DNA from: the human T2T-CHM13v2.0 reference genome, Homo sapiens
Assembly: GCF_009914755.1 (NCBI RefSeq)
Contig: NC_060930.1
Direction: 5' to 3' (one strand)
Length of the DNA stretch: 64,000 nucleotides
The notes under the pieces are model-generated. The model did not search any database, was not told the origin of the DNA, and saw only the letters and a program-made list of their open reading frames with translations. The position numbers and the translations under genes are program-made. Shown one piece after another: positions 43,411 through 61,604 of the stretch (its first letter is position 1; every line of letters begins with the position of its first letter).

Positions 43411-44084
43411 AAGACTTTATATTTCCATGATTATCAGATTAGTATTAGCTTCTGGAGGAAGCCAAACCTGTAACACAAGGGAGGGACCCACTGATAATAG
43501 GAGACAAATGGATTGAAGCTTTTAAACATAGCCAAGTCTCTCCTTATGGCTGCTTCCCAAAAGCAACAGCTTCCATTTAAATCTTTGAAAATACAACAAG
43601 ATGAAGTGCTTTTCAGATGACAGGGTCCACTCCAAGACACAAGTGGCTTTTACATGGAAAATAACTGGATAATCAAAACAATATCTAAAGCCTCCTGTCA
43701 GACATTATCCTTTTCTGCTATGATTCATTTTACTTCAGGTACAAACATCTCGGTGTCATTGTATGGTCTGGTTCCTTTTAGATGTCCTTTCAGATGGAAA
43801 GCAAAATGTATTTTTCAGGCTTTCTCAGACAGGAAAAGCAAAATGTAACTAATATATTTATGATTCTGTTTTGTTCAACTCAGTAAGTGTATTTTTTAAG
43901 CATTGTTCCAGAAAAGTAAAAATATGGCTCTCTTTACCAGAAGAGTTTGAGAAGGGAGAACTTTCTGAATGCCATCAAATAATTCACTGTGTTACTTAGT
44001 ATCAGCCATTTATGTTTTCTACCATAGAAAAATTGACAGTAATAGTTTCTTCCTTAGGAAAAAGACATAGAAAATACAAAGTTA

Positions 44085-44335
44085 ATATAATAATAATAGC
44101 CGATATTTGTTTATCACCACCTAGGAGTTATATGCTAATCTAAGCACTTCATATGTAATTAATAACGTTTAATCCTCCTAATAACCCTATATGGAAGCTT
44201 CTAGAATTACCTCATTTTCAGATAAGGAAATGGAGGAACAGAGAGGTTAAATAGCTTGCCTAAAGTCATGGGACTAGTAAGTGGTAGATTCAAACCCAAG
44301 CAGTCTATCTCAAATCCTTACAAATATACATTGCT
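44085..44335 (-). mobile_element. MIR SINE
   Basis: CATTTTCAGATAAGGAAATGGAGGAACAGAGAGGTTAAATAGCTTGCCTAAAGTCA. Confidence 0.82.
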
Positions 44336-46509
44336 GCATTTCCAGTGAAATGACATATATAGATTCTTATCCCCCATAACAGACATTTAATGAATCAACC
44401 AAGATGCAAAAAATTTAATGTAGGAATTATCCTACCAAAGGTTTTTCTTATTTATTTTTTTAAGTAAGGTGTGTTCCTCATGTCTAAGGTAAATATAGGT
44501 ATATGGTTGCCTTTCTCTTCTGACAAGAAAGCCTGGTTCTTGGTACTCATCATGATGTAAAGAGGGTATACTCCTTGTAACTGTGCTGCAGTAGCTCCAG
44601 TGTAGTTCATCCTTTGAGTTCTAAGGCTATATTTCATATGCCTTCTCATGAGATTTTTCTAGAAGTCTTAGTTCAAAATGAATTGCCTACACGTCAGCAT
44701 TCCCCAGCCACATTGAGTAACCACAAAGCCAGTTCCAGCTGTGCATCCTAACATTCTTGCAGCAGCCTCACTCTCCCCTCCACAACACACATCTTGCTTT
44801 GAGGTTGTTTTCCTCAGCTAAGCACAAAGTGCAAACATTTGCAACAAGCCTGCCAAGGCAGAAAAGAACTGAAATTGATGCTACCTCACTTAGTTTCTCT
44901 TTCTGATCCATATCATATTCTGCTGTCAGAGTAATCTCTCTTGAGTACCAGGCAGTTTTATTGATTTCCATTTTTCTACCATAGAAAATGAACGCATCAC
45001 CTTCCTTCCAGGCCTCCTTTATCTGGTTTTTCCTTGACATTAAACCTTGCCTTCACTTCTCTAGCCAGGCTGGACTACTCCCTAACACAGTTTTAAGTCC
45101 CCTTTTCACATGTTTTGCCTTACTTGCTTAATTTTTCAATAAATATTTCTAAAGCACCTACTACGTACCAGGTATAAAGCATGGCACTTGTCAAGAATGA
45201 CTTCCTCTCTCAGTCTGTCATTTCTCACCCAAATTTCAAATTTCCTATCCAGTGCATTCTGTCCATTAACATGGTGTAGACTTTTCCAGCACTCATTATT
45301 CTTTGTTAATTTAATTCTGTCTCCTTAATGATGTAGAAGTTGCTTATAGGCTTTAGACCTCTGTATACTTTGCCGCACTGAGTAGATGCTAAGCTAGCCA
45401 AAAATAGTTACTAGTAGAGGAACATCAATGAAATCCTAAATCTTATTAGAACTGCAGTCCAACTAAGGTCTCCAACCTTTACTTAGAAAGTGAAGAGAAA
45501 TTGTTAGGAAACTGATGAATAATTGTCGCCATCTGTGCAGATGTAAGTGAGGAACATGGAGTCACTTTTGCTCTTTAAAAACGTATGGTGTTGATATGTG
45601 TCTGAGGACAGCGGGGGTAGGATGCATGCAGAGGAAAGGAATGTACTTTTATCTTACACAACCTGGTCCAAATCCCTTGGTTTTCTACCTTAGTATCCTC
45701 CTATTAGTACAAAACTTTTTTGACATATTGTGTTCCCATTTTTTCTGCATTTTCTAGGCATAATTTTGAGTGTTCTTTCTGTTAAAGCATAGAATTAACC
45801 CAGCTCTCTGACCCTTGCCTTATGCTTTGAGATGGTGCTTTCCTAGCACTATACTCATAGTGTTTTCTTCATTTATTCTGCAGTATCTCTAGCTGTTTCC
45901 AACATATTATCATACTGTAAATACTTTGGTGCACTCATTTAATCAAAAGCCCACTTTATTCATTTTACTTTGTAATTCAATTCCCAGTGCGTCTTTTTCA
46001 GCACAATTGTTATGAATTTTCAATTTATTTTTATGTCTATTTTTATAGCTGCCACTTCTACAGTGTGGCAAGCTTTTTTTCCTTAACTTTAAAAACATCA
46101 TTTCTGAAAGAAAGCTGTTCTGAAATCTGGCTTTTTCAGCAAACTGAACACCCACATGATGAAGATAGAATGGTGGAAGTTAGAGGTGGAAAAGATGCGT
46201 AAGGTCATCTTGCCTATTTTTTTAAGCAAATAGAAATATGTATGTACAATAATGTTGAGTTTACATAATTTCCCATTTCAAGCTTAGAAAATCTTGTTGA
46301 CCCCCCGCCCCCACTCCATTATATGTTCTCTTATCTATGGGTTTTGCTAGAGCCTTATGAGCTTTGATAATAGTTCACATTTTCTTTGAAATCAATTTGC
46401 TTTGTACTGTAGAATGTGAGTCTGATTGATTCCAAATTAATTTTTGTCTTTTAAAGAATAATAATAACTTGCTTTTACCTACCTTTCTTCTTTCCTGTTT
46501 ATAGGAGTA

Positions 46510-47072
46510 GTATTCTCCTTATCTATTGCTTTCTAACAAACCAACTCAAAACCTTAATAATTAAAATAACCTCAGTCATGTGTTATTATTTCTCATTGTT
46601 TGGCAGGGAAATGGGGCTTGTCTAGGCAATTCTTGTCCAGGGTCACAGGAGCAGCTGCACTCAGATGATAGTGGCTGCTAGAGTTATTTTACATGATTTT
46701 TCACACACACAGCTGTTTGATGGCACCTCAGCTGGAGTTTCCAGCTAGAACACCTGTCAGTGGCATCTCTAGGTGTCCTGGGCTTCCCTTGCAGCATAGT
46801 GACTGGATCCCAAAGGCAAGCATCCCAAAATAGAGGTGAAATCAGTATCGCCCTGTGTGACCCTAGCCTCCAAAGTTATACATCATTTTTACCCAGGAGT
46901 CACAAAGGACCACCCAAGTGTAGGCAGGGCAGGGACAGCGGTCGAGGGTGAGGAGTAGAGGAGGTAGGAAAATAGACTCTACCTCTGGATGAGGGGAGTG
47001 GTAAGGTCACATCGTAAACCATGGGATGAGAGATATTGCTACTCCCAACTTTGGAAAATACAATCTTCCACA
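46510..47072 (-). mobile_element. MLT1 (F-like) MaLR solo LTR
   Basis: TATCTATTGCT..TAACAAA..ACTCAAAAC start; ends CTTTGGAAAATACAATCTTCCACA. Confidence 0.75.
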
Positions 47073-49348
47073 GTGGTTACATAATCAACTACTTATTATT
47101 TGCAGTGGATAGAGAAAGATTTCAATTTAGATACCAGTTTCAACCTCTTTTCACACCAAACCGTACATAAGTGCCACAAATAGACTAAGCAACATGCACA
47201 GCTTTTCACTTTACTCATTTTGTCTTAATGCTTCCTGATCATTCCCTTTACGTCAGATACAATCAATGAAAATGAAGAGGAGAAAAAGACTTGCTAATTC
47301 ATAATCTGTGTACAATGGGCTCTAAACATATCCTTCAACAAGTCTGGGCTGTTTCTCTGCTAGCTATGTGAACCTAAGTGTCAGTTGACTTCCCTGGACT
47401 TCAGTGTGGTTAAATTATCCCAAAGTTCTCTTTAAGCTCTTATGTTCTAGAATTCTGACTTATATTTGCAGGTCTAAAATTCTATTTCCATGTGCTAAAT
47501 AAAGATCATTAACAGTACCACCAGATAATTATTCTAATGAATGTGCATATGTTTATTTTTCTATTTTGAACCCCATGGAAAACCATGAAATCAATTCCCA
47601 TCACATGCTCCTCATCACAAATAAGATAAAATAATTATGCTTCTGCTTGGAGTTGAGTGTATCCAAATTACACTTATTATTTTTCCTCTCCCTTTTATCC
47701 TAGAATAGTCCATCAAGCCTCAGAAGTTTTACCATGAAAACAATAATACTGTTCGGACAATGTGTTCTCAATAGGCTTATTGGTAACTTCTTTATTGATC
47801 AAACCTGAATCTCTGGTAACATGAAGAATTGAAAACATCTGGATTCTGTTAGAAGCATGGAACTCACTTGGGAAACTGGCTGCTAGTGTATTGGACATTC
47901 ACAGCACAGCACTACCCCTGTGGTTTTATAAATAAACATGAAACTCAAATCTCCAAAACAACCACTAAGGCCTCTAAACCAAAACACCTCTGCCTGGGCA
48001 GAGGTGGCAAAGCAGTGGTTAACATACGTCCCTAATGTCATTCATTAGTAATATTTAATTATTTGTTTCAGTCACTCTGAATAAAATAGTTTGTTAATTA
48101 TAGATAAAATCTCCTCTTTCTCTATCAATTTTTATTTTGAGAGTTTAATTCATACTTTCCAGCATCTCCTAAGAGCTTTTCTCTATCGTCCCAATCAAGT
48201 GATCTCTCCTATCTTGCTGTAATCAACAAGATGATTTTTCTCCACTTCCACAATTTTCTGTCTCTCATTTATGACTTTGAAATCAGTATGTCTTTCCCCG
48301 ATCTTTGCTACAATAAACAAGCCTCTCTAACAAGTTTGGTCTTACTCCTATTTCTAAATCCAAATTACAATCTTAGGTCAAATCCTCTGGGAATGCCTCT
48401 GCTTTGTAGGAATGGCTCTACTTAAAAGTACATGGTACTGACACATACTAGACATTGAGGGAAAACTGCTTATTTTCTCCATCTTAATTCATTCTCTTAT
48501 AGTAGCACTAGCATTAGTCTTCATTATGCCTTCAAACTGACTTATGGGAGCCAAGCTAGGAAGCACTGAGATGTTATTTAGCCCCAGGTCTCCAGAAGCT
48601 TCTGGTCAAGGCCAAGGGCACTGCTGGAGTGCTACAGGAGCACCACGAGAATGCAGGCTCTCCTCCCTTGAACCACCATGACTCATGCACCTGAGGGAGC
48701 AAGCCAAAGGATTTGCTGGCATATTTCTCCATCCCCCATGTGTCAGCACTCCTCATAAGCACAACATTTCTAACAGCAGCTTGAGTCCTAGGGAACAAAA
48801 GTGACCCACACTGAAAATGCCACTGTGTTCTTCACAACTTGTCATCCAAATTAGCATTTGGAAAGTGGTTGGACCTAAAACTCTATCAGTGAATCTGCTT
48901 ACTTAATGACCTCATCAAGAAATATCTGGCCAAGGAGAGGAGGATAAGGAATGTGGCTGCTCTAACTCCAGCAATAAGCCACCTACTATAGACGAAGGCC
49001 ACCCACCAGAGCAGCTAAACGCTGCACAGCCTCCTTGCTGCAGAAGGCAATTTAGACATCCTTACACACCAGTAAAGCCCTAAAGCTGCTTTTTCCTTTG
49101 CTAGAAAACAAAATTCTTATTAACCAACCCATCTGGGAAAACACAGACTTTCTTCTCTTCTTACCTATCCCTTAAAGCAAAACTGGTATTTTCAACAAAC
49201 AGAAAACAAGAGATCAAAAAATCATAAAAATCAGCATTGTTCTTATGCTTCTCTTCTCCCATCCCCCAGAACCACCCTTTTAAAAAATAACCAATGAGAC
49301 TACAACAGAGGTAACTGGATAAAAAATTTGTTCTCAAAATGATCCTGC

Positions 49349-49404
49349 CCCTGCACTCCAGCCTAGGTAACAGAGCAAGAGACTGTCTATTTAAAAAAAA
49401 AAAA
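49349..49404 (+). mobile_element. Alu 3'-end fragment
   Basis: CTGCACTCCAGCCTAGGTAACAGAGCAAGA followed by an A12 tail. Confidence 0.8.
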
Positions 49405-52400
49405 TGTGAAGAGAATATTCATAGTGTAAATATCCTGTCAAAAAGAAACATATATGGTTTCCCTAAGATGAATGGTTGAAATAAAAACAAGGAAAGAAGA
49501 TTAGAGGGAAGACACACACACAGCCTAAACTGATTCTAATTAAAATTAAAATTAAAGGCATAGTGGGATAGATGAATAGGTCTGGCTGACATATTTCTTT
49601 ATCTTATTATTAGGTGCCTAGAGGCAGAAAAAAATGGAAATAAAAATGCATCTAGGAGCCTTGAAAATTAGTGATATTTTAGGTAATTGTCTCTTCTAAA
49701 ACAAAACACTGCATGACCAGTAAGTTTGTCTTGGTTTGTGTGCATGTGTGTATACGTGTAGGGAGAGTGAGTAGAGGGTTAGAATTTTTAAATAATTAAA
49801 ATTGAATTGAAATTCGAATGCATCTGGTGGGACCAAAATTTCAAAAAACAAATATGGTGTTGCAGGTGGGGAACTAGGCTCGTGGCGTCATCTCCTTGGC
49901 AGCTTCTGTGGTGGAAGGATATACTGTGCAGCCCACACTATCTCACCTATGTTGGGAATTAAACAGATGCTTGTTCCTCAAAAGTACAGGTCTAAACTTG
50001 AGGTAGAAGATGAGGGCTGGCTGTACTGATGACCAAACACACACTAGCTCACTCACAGACTCACTCACAGACTCACTTACAAATCTTTATGTTTGCAGGT
50101 GGTATGAAGGTAGAGTACAAATACACATATCAATAAATACACATATCACAAGTAGTCATTATGACACTTCCCTTCCTAGTACTAAGAACACTTTGTGCAA
50201 ACTTTAAGATTAAGTAGAGTGTAATGTTTACTTCCTAAATGTCAAAATTGCCAAAGTTTGTATTCTTGGATGGTTGGTGTATTTGTTTTTAAGCTTAAAA
50301 CTAATAGATGGGTCAATAGTCTGTTTGACTGTGGTAGATGGAAAGTTTCTTATATAAGGCAATTACACTGAAATAAGAATTCTGGTCCTTCAAAATTCAA
50401 ATTAGATTTGGCAAAATTTTATTAACTAAAACTTATTAAATAACTGTATGTTGTGGCATACATCTACAAAATAATTTCACATCAGTTCTTAAGACCCAAA
50501 TGTCATTTTTCCTGATAGCACAATGTCAGCCTCTTCAGAGCATCTAATAGCTAAGGGTTAGAGCCTCCAAAAGGAAGCTGGGCATAAAACCAAAACTAGT
50601 CTGGCAGCTTGCCATCCATATTCAGTGCCTTCCATCTTGCTTTTCAGCTCCAGCTCCTATTGTCCATTCTCTTTGGCTATAAATCTGCTTGCAGATCCAC
50701 AGACATTGTTGATTGACCATTGTGAGAACACCACTGTAAACACCAAAATAGTGTGTCTCAGGGTTTCCAAAGCTGCCAGTCTTTGTATTGTCAGAGTAAT
50801 CTGGGTTATCTGAAGAGGTGTGAAGAATGGTGTGCTCTCCCACACTGTTTATCTTTCCCATCAGCTCAGATTTAACTCCCTTGAAAATAGTTTCTCCCTA
50901 ATGTGATTCATTTCTCTCCAATGAAAATGTTTTTCTCCTCAGAGCCAGAAAGTCACTGCAATCTCCATTTCAGCAGAGGGCTTGCCCTCACCTATGCCTA
51001 ACCAAAATAAAGTGACTCAACCGCCCCAACCCCCTGCACGCATAAAGGATTGCAATATTTTACCAAAAATAAAAAAAATCTGAAGCAAAGAGATGTTCAG
51101 TCTTTAGCTCTTGTACATAGAAAATAGCTGGAAGTTTTATAATTACAGGAGTTTTCTGCCAAGTTTCTACCCCACTGCCTCATAAAGTTTCTTGATTTAA
51201 TTAAAACCACTTCAAGGTACCATGTACTTCTCTTCAGCAGTCTCTGATAACAAATGATCTTGAATGAGGGCCTGACTTCTTCAAGGATGACAGTGGATTC
51301 TGAAATGATGGTTCCTTCCACACTCTAGAAATCATGACCCCTTGTTCTCATATAATTTTCCATTGTCTTAGAGCCTAGAAGAAAATGGAGACATATATAA
51401 ATGATGCCTTCAATTCCAAGGCAATCTGTAAATAACCATGGTTATCTGAGGGAAGAAAAGCATAAAGAAAACTTTGAGTTTTTAGGAAGAATTATTGGAA
51501 GAGTTGAGCTTTGACTTGGGCCTTGAAAGATGAATAGCATGTGGACAGACAGCTATGAAAGGCAAGGGTATTGCAAGTAGCCCTAATGTAACCAAGTGGA
51601 TCAAAGACATGGAGGCAATGGGATGGAGGGTTAGTTTGTGGAAGAGTGACTTAATAATTGTGAAAGAATGGTAAGTAAAAACTACTGCAAAAATTAAAGG
51701 TGGTTAATTGGAAAAGTCAAATTATTGAGACACTTGAACAAGTGGCTAAGATGTTTGAACTTTATTTAAGTGATTGGTTGTTGAATTTTTTGAGCAAACG
51801 AATAATACGATCAGACTTGAGTTTTAAGGAAAATATAAAAGCTATGAGCTTAAGAAATAATTAATAGCCTTAAAGTAGAGAAACGAGAGTGAAGAAATTG
51901 ATAATCATTTATTCCAAAGTTGAAAGCAAGTGCAGATAGACACACAGTTTGTCTGCAATTGCCTCATGACACCCAATGATAATGATCACTAATGGGCCAT
52001 GAATATTCAGGAAATGTATATGCCCGCTTAGCTCCAATTTCTTTGCTTATTGGGAATAGAGCAAAGATGAATGTTGTGTTGTATAAATTACATAAGGTTA
52101 AATAAACCCTGTCTAGAAACAAACTGTCTTGGTTTAAGGAGTCTGTTTTCTCCAGATGGTTTTATTGTTTATATAACCATCATGAATTGTTCTTCTTTGA
52201 TTCAGTATGGCCTTATTTTTTAGGTATTATTATCTTGAACTATATTGTGGCAGTTTTCAAAATTGTTATCCCTTGTAATCTAGAAATATGCCTGTTGGCC
52301 ATAAACTGTGATCCCAGCTGAAAAATTGCAAATCAAATGCATACTATTAGTCACAGGAACAATTAGGCTAATCACGCTGTAATCAAGCTATCAATCTTAT

Positions 52401-52868
52401 ATTGAGCTGCTGTGTCTCCCTTATGGATTCATGATATAGCTAAGTCAGAGGAGAGATGCCATCATTAAAATAAAGAATCTCTTCCCTTAAAACCAAAGTT
52501 TTGGAAGTGGGGATGCAGGAAGGTAGAAGTAGTTGATTTATTGACAAAGTTTTCCCTTCTTAATGAATTATCAGGGTTTTACATATATTCAGAAGTTTAA
52601 TTCCAAAACCTCTGCACCACAATAAAGTTACTGGTTATAATCCATAAAAGTTCACTGATGACTAATTCAAGCAATTGCATAGAACATTTGTATAGTGCAA
52701 GAGGTTGAAAGTATTAAAAGTAGTTTCTTGATATTCTGCTGTTAATCCTCAGATATTTATTGGTGATCTTCCAGCTTTTTCATAGCAAATGAATATTTTT
52801 TCCATGTAGCTACAGTGTTGCACCACTAGTGTCATTGTGTATCATAGCTTTTGTCTAGTTAAAAAAAC

Positions 52869-53324
52869 TTAAAGGGAGGAGCCAAGATGGCCGAATAGGA
52901 ACAGCTCCGGTCTACAGCTCCCAGCATGAGCAACCCAGAAGACGGGTGATTTCTGCATTTCCATCTGAGGTACTGGGTTCATCTCACTAGGGAGTGCCAG
53001 ACAGTGGGCGCAGGACAGTGGGTGCAGCGCACCATGAGCCAGCCGAAGCAGGGCGAGGCATTGCCTCACTCGGGAAGCGCAAGAGGTCAGGGAGTTCCCT
53101 TTCCTGGTCAAGGAAAGGGGTGACAGACGGCACCTGGAAAATCGGGCCACTCCCACCCAAATACTGCGCTTTTCAGACGGGCTTAGGAAATGGCGCACCA
53201 GGAGATTATATCCTGCACCTGGCTCAGAGGGTCTGACGCCCACGGAGTCTCGCTGACTGCTAGCATAGCAGTCTAAGATCAAACTGCAAGGCGGCAGCGA
53301 GGCTGGGAGAGGGGCGACCACCAT
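52869..53324 (-). CDS. L1 ORF0-like antisense ORF, open for 151 codons
   Basis: MVVAPLPASLPPCSLILDCYASSQRDSVGVRPSEPGAGYNLLVRHFLS matches the recalled primate L1 ORF0; expression is unknown. Confidence 0.5.
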   Translation of the reverse strand: MVVAPLPASLPPCSLILDCYASSQRDSVGVRPSEPGAGYNLLVRHFLSPSEKRSIWVGVARFSRCRLSPLSLTRKGNSLTSCASRVRQCLALLRLAHGALHPLSCAHCLALPSEMNPVPQMEMQKSPVFWVAHAGSCRPELFLFGHLGSSL

Positions 53325-53907
53325 TGCGTAGGCTTGCTTAGGTAAACAAAGCAGCTGGGAAGCTCCAACTGGGTGGAGCCCACCACAGCTCAAGGAGGCC
53401 TGCCTGCCTCTGTAGGCTCCACCTCTGGGGGCAGGGCACAGACAAACAAAAAGACAGCAGTAACCTCTGCAGACTTAAATGTCCCTGTCTGACAGCTTTG
53501 AGGAGAGCAGTGGTTCTCCCAGCATGCAGCTGGAGATCTGAGAACGGGCAGACTGCCTCCTCAAGTGGGTCCCTGACCCCTGACCCCCGAGCAGCCTAAC
53601 TGGGAGGCAACCCCCAGTAGGGGCAGACTGACACCTCACACGGCCGGGTACTCCTCTGAGACAAAACTTCCAGAGGAACGATCAGACAGCAGCATTCGCG
53701 GATCATGAAAATCCGCGGTTCTACAGACACCGCTGCTGATACCCAGGCAAACAGGGTCTGGAATGGACCTCTAGCAAACTCCAACAGACCTGCAGCTGAG
53801 GGTCCTATCTGTTAGAAGGAAAACTAACAAACAGAAAGGACATCCACACCAAAAACCCATCTGTACATCACCATCATCAAATACCAAAAGTAGATAAAAC
53901 CACAAAG
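52874..53907 (+). promoter_or_regulatory. L1 5'UTR internal sense and antisense promoter with YY1 site
   Basis: CAAGATGGCC YY1 motif at ~52883-52892; CpG-rich relative to flanks; ~1.03 kb long. Confidence 0.8.
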
Positions 53908-54923
53908 ATGAGGAAAAAACAGAGCAGAAAAACTGGAAACTCTAAAAAGCAGAGCGCCTCTCCTCCTCCAAAGGAACGCAGTTCCTCACCAGCAATGGAA
54001 CAAAGCTGGACGGAGAATGACTTTGACGAGTTGAGAGAAGAAGGCTTCAGATGATCAAACTACTCCGAGCTACAGGAGGAAATTCAAACCAAAGGCAAAG
54101 AAGTTGAAAACTTTGAAAAAAATTTAGACGAATGTATAACTAGAATAACCAATACAGAGAAGTGCTTAAAGGAGCTGATGGAGCTGAAAGCCAAGGCTCA
54201 AGAACTATGTGAAGAATGCAGAAGCCTCAGGAGCCAATGCGATCAACTGGAAGAAAGGGTATCAGTGATGGAAGATGAAATGAATGAAATGAAGTGAGAA
54301 GGGAAGTTTAGAGAAAAAAGAATAAAAAGAAATGAACAAAGCCTCCAAGAAATATGGGACTATGTGAAAAGACCAAATCTGCGTCTGATTGGTGTACCTG
54401 AAAGTGACGGGGAGAATGGAACCAAGTTGGAAAACACTCTGTAGGATATTATCCAGGAGAACTTCACCAATCTAGCAAGACAGGCAAACATTCAGATTCA
54501 GGAAATACAGAGAACATCACAAAGATACTCCTTGAGAAGAGCAACTCCAAGACACATAATTGTCAGATTCACCAAAGTTGAAATGAAGGAAAAAATGTTA
54601 AGGGCAGCCAGACAGAAAGGTCGGGTTACCCACAAAGGGAAGCCCATCAGACTAACAGTGGATCTCTCGGCAGAAACTCAACAAGCAGAAGAGACTGGGG
54701 GCCAATATTCAACATTCTTAAAGAAAAGAATTTTCAACCCAGAATTTCATATCCAGCCAAACTAAGCTTCATAAGTGAAGGAGAAATAAAATACTTTACA
54801 GACAAGCAAATGCTGAGAGATTTTGTCACCACCAGGCCTGCCCTACAAGAGCTCCGGAAGGAAGCACTAAACATGGAAAGGATCAACCGGTACTAGCCAC
54901 TGCAAAATCATGCAAAAATGTAA
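53908..54923 (+). pseudogene. L1 ORF1p, disrupted
   Basis: Starts ATGAGGAAAAAACAGAGC; in-frame stops at 54052, 54295 and 54442, plus a later frameshift. Confidence 0.93.
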
Positions 54924-54985
54924 AGACCATCGAGATTAGGAGGAAACTGCATCAACTAACGAGAAAATAACCAGCTGACATCATA

Positions 54986-58810
<3,825 letters not shown>

Positions 58811-59042
58811 ACAGTGAGAACACATGGACACAGGAAGGGGAACATCACATTCTGGGGACTGTTGTGGGGTGGGGGGAGGGGGGAGGGATAGCATTAGGAG
58901 ATACACCTAATGCTAAATGACGAGTTAATGGGTGCAGCACACCAGCATGGCACATGTATACATATGTAACTAACCTGCACATTGTGCACATGTACCCTAA
59001 AACTTAAAGTATAATAATAAAAAAAAAGACTTAAATGTATAA

Positions 59043-59371
59043 CAAGGGTCAACAACGATAGCCCATGGACCAAATTTGTTCTGTTGCCTATTTGTGTGAG
59101 GCCTACTAGCTATGAATAATTTTTACATCTTTAAATGGTTGGGAAAATAGCAAAAGAAGAATAATATGTTGTCATAAGTGAAAACAATATGAAATTCAAA
59201 TTTCAGTTTCCATAACTAAAGTATTATTGGAACAGAGTCATGCTCATTCATTTATGTAGCTGCCTTTGAGTACAACACCAGAGTTGAGTAACTGGAACAG
59301 AGACCATATGATCCACAAAGGTGAAAATATTCACTATCTGGCCCTTTACAGAAAAATTTTGGTGAACCCTG
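59043..59371. mobile_element. MER58B-like hAT element
   Basis: ATATGAAATTCAAATTTCAGT.TCCATAA.TAAAG..TTATTGGAACA ... CTATCTGGCCCTTTACAGAAAAA..TTG...ACCCTG. Confidence 0.85.
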
Positions 59372-61604
59372 ATTTACAGCATTCCTGGAACATGAAATCA
59401 AGAGTCACTTTTTAAAAGCCAAACAGTTTTTTAAAATTATATTTATCTAACAGAGAGCAAAAGTTTCCATTAAGAAGGTTTTGGTTTGTGACAGTAATGC
59501 CAGAATTCTCACACGGGTACCTGAAAGTATGTGATTTTGAATTATGCAGAAAAATATGGGTGAGTAAGTGAAATAATACATGAAAGAACACAGTGTGGTC
59601 CTGAAATCCCTGCAAGGCTTGAGAAAATATACCGAGTTACAGAATGTGTGCCTGTTTGCGTTTCATTCTGGCAGGCGTGTAAAACCGAACTATTTATAGT
59701 GATTCAGGCAATGGATAAATGCATGTTAGCTAAAGAACTACCTTAGAAAATAATGGGAACTGTTCTTTGCAGGAGAAGGAGGCAGAGAAAAGGCTACCTT
59801 AAATGAACCAGAATAGGAAAAATTTCAGAGAAAAAGAATACAATGCATATTTGAAACATGGGAGAGTATGGCTAATACCTCAACCTGAAAATGCCTTGCT
59901 TTAACCATGACTGATGACCTTAATGTCCCTCCCAGAGAATAAGGGTCACAGCCACAGTATGTTTACTGTGTTAGTCCTCCAATCTGGTACCTCACATCCA
60001 TTCCAACACGAATGACTAGTGTTTCCAGTGCCCCTTTCAAGGCATTCCTCTGACAAATCCATGATATTTCCATTCAGACAGCAACTAATTAACAATCATA
60101 GCTCAATATACAGCCCCCCGTGGTAATAAACAGAAGAGGAGGAAGAAGTATCTGATTTTATTTGCGATTCCCTACAGACCAAGAAAACAGAACCAATCTA
60201 AATGGTTTTAGGCTTCCATGGCAGCTTGAGATATTTACTGGCATCACAGTACAAATCAAATGAGCAAATAAAACTGCCACTGCTGTGGAAGGAGACGCAG
60301 AGCTCTGAGGGAGTCATCTGCTGTCCTCCGACATGTCACAGAGCCTCACTTCGGCTCCCAGAGCCCGGCAGACCTACCAATTTGAGTATATTTTAATATA
60401 CATCACTAGGATTCATATTTTCCCTTTTAAGTCAAAGGACTGGTTCTTTACATCAGGACTCAGCCCCCCAGATGTCTGTACAATGTCTCTGTGCAATACA
60501 GCTGGCATTACAGAATCAGAACACACAGCTTTCAGGGACAACTGTGACTTTGGGGCCAGCGTCATATTTTTGCTTGGCTTCCTTGGCATAGCCCTTGGCT
60601 GTTTCACTACCTCAGCCTTGTGGCTCTATCAGTTTTGATTTGATCGCTTAATTTATTCCTTCAGTTCATTGAATTGGAGCAGCTGCACCAAGACTCACTC
60701 AGACTTTTCTAGCTATCTTGCATCTTTGCATACAGCTTATTTCCTGAGTATTGAAAAAAAGGTATTTTCCTTTTGATAAAACAAGTATATTGTTTTTAAT
60801 GAACTGGATAGGTTTAATCTGATCAACATGATTTTCACATTTACACTTCCCCAGTGTTGATTCTAACATTATTGTGAGGGCTTACTCTAATTTTCACAGT
60901 AGCTTCCAGTAATTGAACAACCAACATACTATAATTTAGTAATTCACTTTTAGTTGTTGGTTAACTTTTCTTCAAGTGTAACACCTCAACGTCTTAATTT
61001 TCCACTCACATGCTAAGTTAGATCTTTCACTTAAAGCTGTTGCTTCATTGTGTGAACGACTAACCGTTTTAGCAATGTTAGAAAATTGACAATCACCACC
61101 TAAAATGTAATGAAGATGAGAAAGAAAGCAATAATAGGAGATGAAGTAAGTGCTAGAAGTTGGCAATCGATGAAAAGTACTGAGCTCATCATTTGTGTCT
61201 AACACAAAAGTAAAGTATTAACAGTAAGTTCAGTGACTAGTGAAGAAGATTCTGTACCTAATGGGAGCATTATAAGAAATGTAAGAGTACAGAGAATTAG
61301 AAGGTATATCAATTTAATTTTAGAAACTTAAAGTAGAGATTTTTAAAAGTTAACCCTCATTCCATTGCATTATAAACTCTAAATACAACTTAGCTAGAAT
61401 CTACCATGTTAGCAAAATGTTCAATACTGTGTTGACGGCCAAGAATTAAAGTATCTCTCTGGAAACAGGATATAAAAATATTGAAAGAGAGTCATAACAA
61501 AATCTCTTCAACTAATCAATTGAAAAGTAGCAGATGGTGCAAATGGGTAACTGTTTTGACAACTGTTATGCAATGTATAATGCATGCTAAGCAGGTATTT
61601 AAAA

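Noticed and set aside
58866-58888. G-quadruplex-forming G tract
   Set aside because: Standard feature of the L1PA 3'UTR
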